A stretch of DNA of 64,000 bases from an uncultured Hyphomicrobiales bacterium (GTDB lineage: Bacteria > Pseudomonadota > Alphaproteobacteria > Reyranellales > JAQSWP01), in assembly GCA_964458605.1 (NCBI GenBank), contig CAYWLS010000009.1, positions 21,005 to 85,004 of the forward strand, written 5' to 3'. The notes beneath the pieces are model-generated. The model ran no database searches. It was not told where the DNA came from and saw only the letters and a list, made by a program, of their open reading frames with translations. Below, piece after piece: positions 61,583 to 64,000 of the stretch; the first letter of the stretch is position 1, and every line of letters begins with the position of its first letter. A program made the position numbers and the translations under genes.

Positions 61583-62620
61583 ATGAAACGCACCTGGGCT
61601 GTGCTGGGGGCCGCGCTGACGGCCTTTTTCCTTGTTTTCGGCGTGATCGGCGGCGCCACGGCGGCGGAGAAGCTGTCGATCGCCGCGCTGCGCTTCGTCT
61701 CTTCGTCGCCGATCTTCATTGCCCAGGAACGCGGCTACTTCGCCGCCGAGGGCCTGGACGTCGAGATCAAGTTCTTCGACGCCGCCCAGCCGATCGCCGT
61801 CGCCACCGCCGCCGGCGACACCGACCTGGGCATCACCGGCCTGACCGCCGGCTTCTACAACCTGGCCGGCAAGGGCGCGCTGAAGATCATCGCCGCCCAG
61901 TCGCGCGAGGAGCCGGGCTACGATTTCGTCGCCTATGTCGTCAGCAAGAAGGCCTATGACGCGGGCTTCACCTCGGTCACGCAGTTCCCCGGCAAGACCG
62001 TCGGCATCACCCAGATCGGCTCGACCTTCCACTACAACATGGGCAAGCTGGCCGAGAAGCGCGGCTTCAAGCTGGAAGACGTGCAGCTCAAGCCGCTGCA
62101 GTCGATCGCCAACGTCACCGCCGCGCTCAAGGGCGGCCAGGTCGACGCGGTGCTGCTGCCCGCCAACAACGCCTATGCGCTGGAGAAGGATGGCGCCGGC
62201 AAGATCATCGGCTGGGTGCACCAGGAGACGCCGTGGCAGCTCGGCGCGCTGTTCGCCAACACCAAGGTGATCGAGACCCGCCGCGAGGCGGTCGAGAAAT
62301 TCATCCGCGCCTATCTCAAGGCCACCGCCGACTACGCCGATGCCCTGCTGCAGAAGGACGCCCAGGGCAAGCGGGTGTTCGGCGACAAGGCCGATGCGGT
62401 GATCGCCATCATCCAGAAATACGTCGAACCCAAGCCGACCGCCGACCAGGTCAAGAGCAGCGCCAACTACATCGACCCACAGGGCCGGCTGCTGGTGGGC
62501 GACATCTACGCCCAGGTCCGCTGGTATCAGGCCAACGGCATGGTCGACAAGGATGTCGATGCCGCCAAGCTGATGGATCTCAGCTTCATCAAGAACCACC
62601 TCGACATGCCGAAGAAGTAG
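61583..62620 (+). CDS. NitT/TauT-family ABC transporter substrate-binding protein (NMT1/THI5-like)
   Basis: Signal peptide MKRTWAVLGAALTAFFLVFGVIGGATAAE. Contains IFIAQERGYFAAEGLDVEIKFF. Confidence 0.85.
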   Translation: MKRTWAVLGAALTAFFLVFGVIGGATAAEKLSIAALRFVSSSPIFIAQERGYFAAEGLDVEIKFFDAAQPIAVATAAGDTDLGITGLTAGFYNLAGKGALKIIAAQSREEPGYDFVAYVVSKKAYDAGFTSVTQFPGKTVGITQIGSTFHYNMGKLAEKRGFKLEDVQLKPLQSIANVTAALKGGQVDAVLLPANNAYALEKDGAGKIIGWVHQETPWQLGALFANTKVIETRREAVEKFIRAYLKATADYADALLQKDAQGKRVFGDKADAVIAIIQKYVEPKPTADQVKSSANYIDPQGRLLVGDIYAQVRWYQANGMVDKDVDAAKLMDLSFIKNHLDMPKK

Positions 62621-62651
62621 CCGGCGGAACCTCGCAACACCGGCCGCCGGC

Positions 62652-63425
62652 ATGGAAATCCGCATCGAAGGCGTCGGGCACCGTTACGGCGATCTGCCGG
62701 TGCTCGACGCCATCGACCTGGCGGTGCCGGCCGGCGAAACCCTGGCCCTGATCGGCCCCTCCGGCTGCGGCAAGTCGACCCTGCTCGGCATCGTCGGCGG
62801 CCTGCTGCAACCCAGCGCCGGCCGCGTCGTGGCGCTCGGTCCCGCTCCGGCGGACTGTCTCAATCCCTTCACCTACATCTTCCAGGATTTCGCGCTGCTG
62901 CCCTGGCGCACGGTCGAGCAGAACGTCGCCCTGCCGCTCGAGCACCACGCCCTGCCGCCCGCCGACAAGCGCCGGCGCGTGGCCGACGCCCTGGCGCTGA
63001 CCGGTTTGCGCGATTTCGCCGCCGCCTTCCCCAAGCAATTGTCCGGCGGCATGCGCCAGCGCGTCGGCATCGCCCGCGCCATGGTGGTCCACCCGGCCGT
63101 GCTGCTGCTCGACGAGCCGCTGTCGGCGCTCGACGCGCAGACCCGCGAGCTGCTGATGGAGGAGATGCTGGCCATCTGGCGCGGCCAGCCCACCACGCGC
63201 CTCTACGTCACGCACAATCTCGACGAGGCGCTGCGCCTGGCCGATCGCGTGGCGGTGCTGTCGCGCCGGCCCGGACGCCTGCGCGAGATCGTCGAGATCG
63301 AGCTGCCGCTGGAGCAGCGCACCACGCCGGCCGCGGCGCCCTATCTGGCGCAACTGCATCAAAGACTGTGGTCGCTGATCCGCGACGAGGCGCAGGTGGC
63401 CGATCGCGAGGTGGTCAATGGCTGA
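62652..63425 (+). CDS. NitT/TauT-family ABC transporter ATP-binding protein
   Basis: Walker A is GPSGCGKST, the signature is [14 protein letters not shown], and Walker B is [11 protein letters not shown]. Confidence 0.9.
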   Translation: MEIRIEGVGHRYGDLPVLDAIDLAVPAGETLALIGPSGCGKSTLLGIVGGLLQPSAGRVVALGPAPADCLNPFTYIFQDFALLPWRTVEQNVALPLEHHALPPADKRRRVADALALTGLRDFAAAFPKQLSGGMRQRVGIARAMVVHPAVLLLDEPLSALDAQTRELLMEEMLAIWRGQPTTRLYVTHNLDEALRLADRVAVLSRRPGRLREIVEIELPLEQRTTPAAAPYLAQLHQRLWSLIRDEAQVADREVVNG

Positions 63426-64000
63426 GCCACGGCCAATCGCCTTTCGCGGCGGCGGCTTCCACTACGTGCCGCGCCGCTACGTGGCGTGGATCGCCTTCGC
63501 CGTCGTCATCGCGCTGTGGCAGGTGCTGTCCAGCATCGGCTGGCTGTCGCCGATCGACCTGCCCAGCCCGCGCGCCATCGTGGCGGCGCTGTGGGACCTG
63601 GTCGTCTCGGGACGGCTGTTCGTGCATATCGGCGCCTCGCTGGGCCGCATCCTGGTCGGCTGGCTGCTGGGCACCGCGGTCGGCCTGACGGTGGGATTGG
63701 GCATGGGGATATTCTCGATCGCCCGCTCCCTGGGATTGCCGTTCGTATCGGCGTTGTTTCCCATTCCCAAAATCGCGCTGCTGCCGCTGTTCATCGTCTG
63801 GTTCGGCATCGGCGAGCCGTCGAAAATCGCGGTGATCGCCTTCGGCGTGTTCTTCCCCACCGTGATCAGCACCTACAACGCCTGCGACAACGTTCCCCGC
63901 AACCTGATCCGCATGGGCCAGAGCTTCAACCTGCCGGGCTACGCCATCATCCGCCGCATCGTCATCCCCGGCGCCATGCCCGGCATCCTGGCCGGGTTTC
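63418..64000 (+). CDS. NitT/TauT-family ABC transporter permease (3' end lies outside the window)
   Basis: This ORF is not in the ORF track because it has no stop in the window. The ATG at 63418 overlaps the ATPase stop by 8 nt. My own translation gives [39 protein letters not shown]...FPIPKIALLPLFIVWFGIGEPSKIAVIAFGVFFP, a typical SsuC/TauC-type permease. Confidence 0.85.
   Translation, partial: MAEPRPIAFRGGGFHYVPRRYVAWIAFAVVIALWQVLSSIGWLSPIDLPSPRAIVAALWDLVVSGRLFVHIGASLGRILVGWLLGTAVGLTVGLGMGIFSIARSLGLPFVSALFPIPKIALLPLFIVWFGIGEPSKIAVIAFGVFFPTVISTYNACDNVPRNLIRMGQSFNLPGYAIIRRIVIPGAMPGILAGF

Noticed and set aside
61423-61719. A 98-aa minus-strand ORF covering the double hairpin and the start of the binding-protein gene.
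   Set aside because: It is antisense to a well-supported signal-peptide-bearing binding-protein gene and spans palindromic DNA. It has no Shine-Dalgarno and no recognisable motifs.

Overview
This is a 64-kb, very GC-rich and almost entirely coding segment. It looks like chromosomal DNA from an aerobic alpha- or beta-proteobacterium; that is an inference from codon bias, gene content and a REP-like palindromic element, and the taxon cannot be determined here. I call 58 protein-coding genes. I see no rRNA, tRNA, CRISPR array, transposase or integrase. The window is dominated by acyl-CoA, lipid and terpenoid catabolism: 4 acyl-CoA synthetases, 5 acyl-CoA dehydrogenases, 4 crotonases plus a FadB-type bifunctional enzyme, a thiolase, 6 SDRs, 2 carboxyltransferases, 2 biotin-carrier modules and 2 hot-dog thioesterases. 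It also holds three ABC importers: LIV-type, CUT2 sugar-type and NitT/TauT-type. The most unusual points are these. (1) A CUT2-type ABC operon (46160-53058) has its second permease fused in frame to a strictosidine-synthase-like beta-propeller, followed by a second free propeller gene. (2) A 22-bp ACGT-rich palindrome occurs twice, at 40579 and 53501. One copy sits in front of a LiuR-like MerR regulator next to an AlkJ/AlkH/AlkK-like oxidation module. The other sits in front of a biotin carboxylase cluster with atuCDEF gene order and tandemly duplicated dehydrogenase and hydratase genes. (3) An orphan 620-aa secreted protein has no family I can recognise. (4) The leader in front of the NitT/TauT operon can form three mutually exclusive long hairpins. 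All homology calls come from motifs read by eye and from memory of the protein families. No searches or computations were run.
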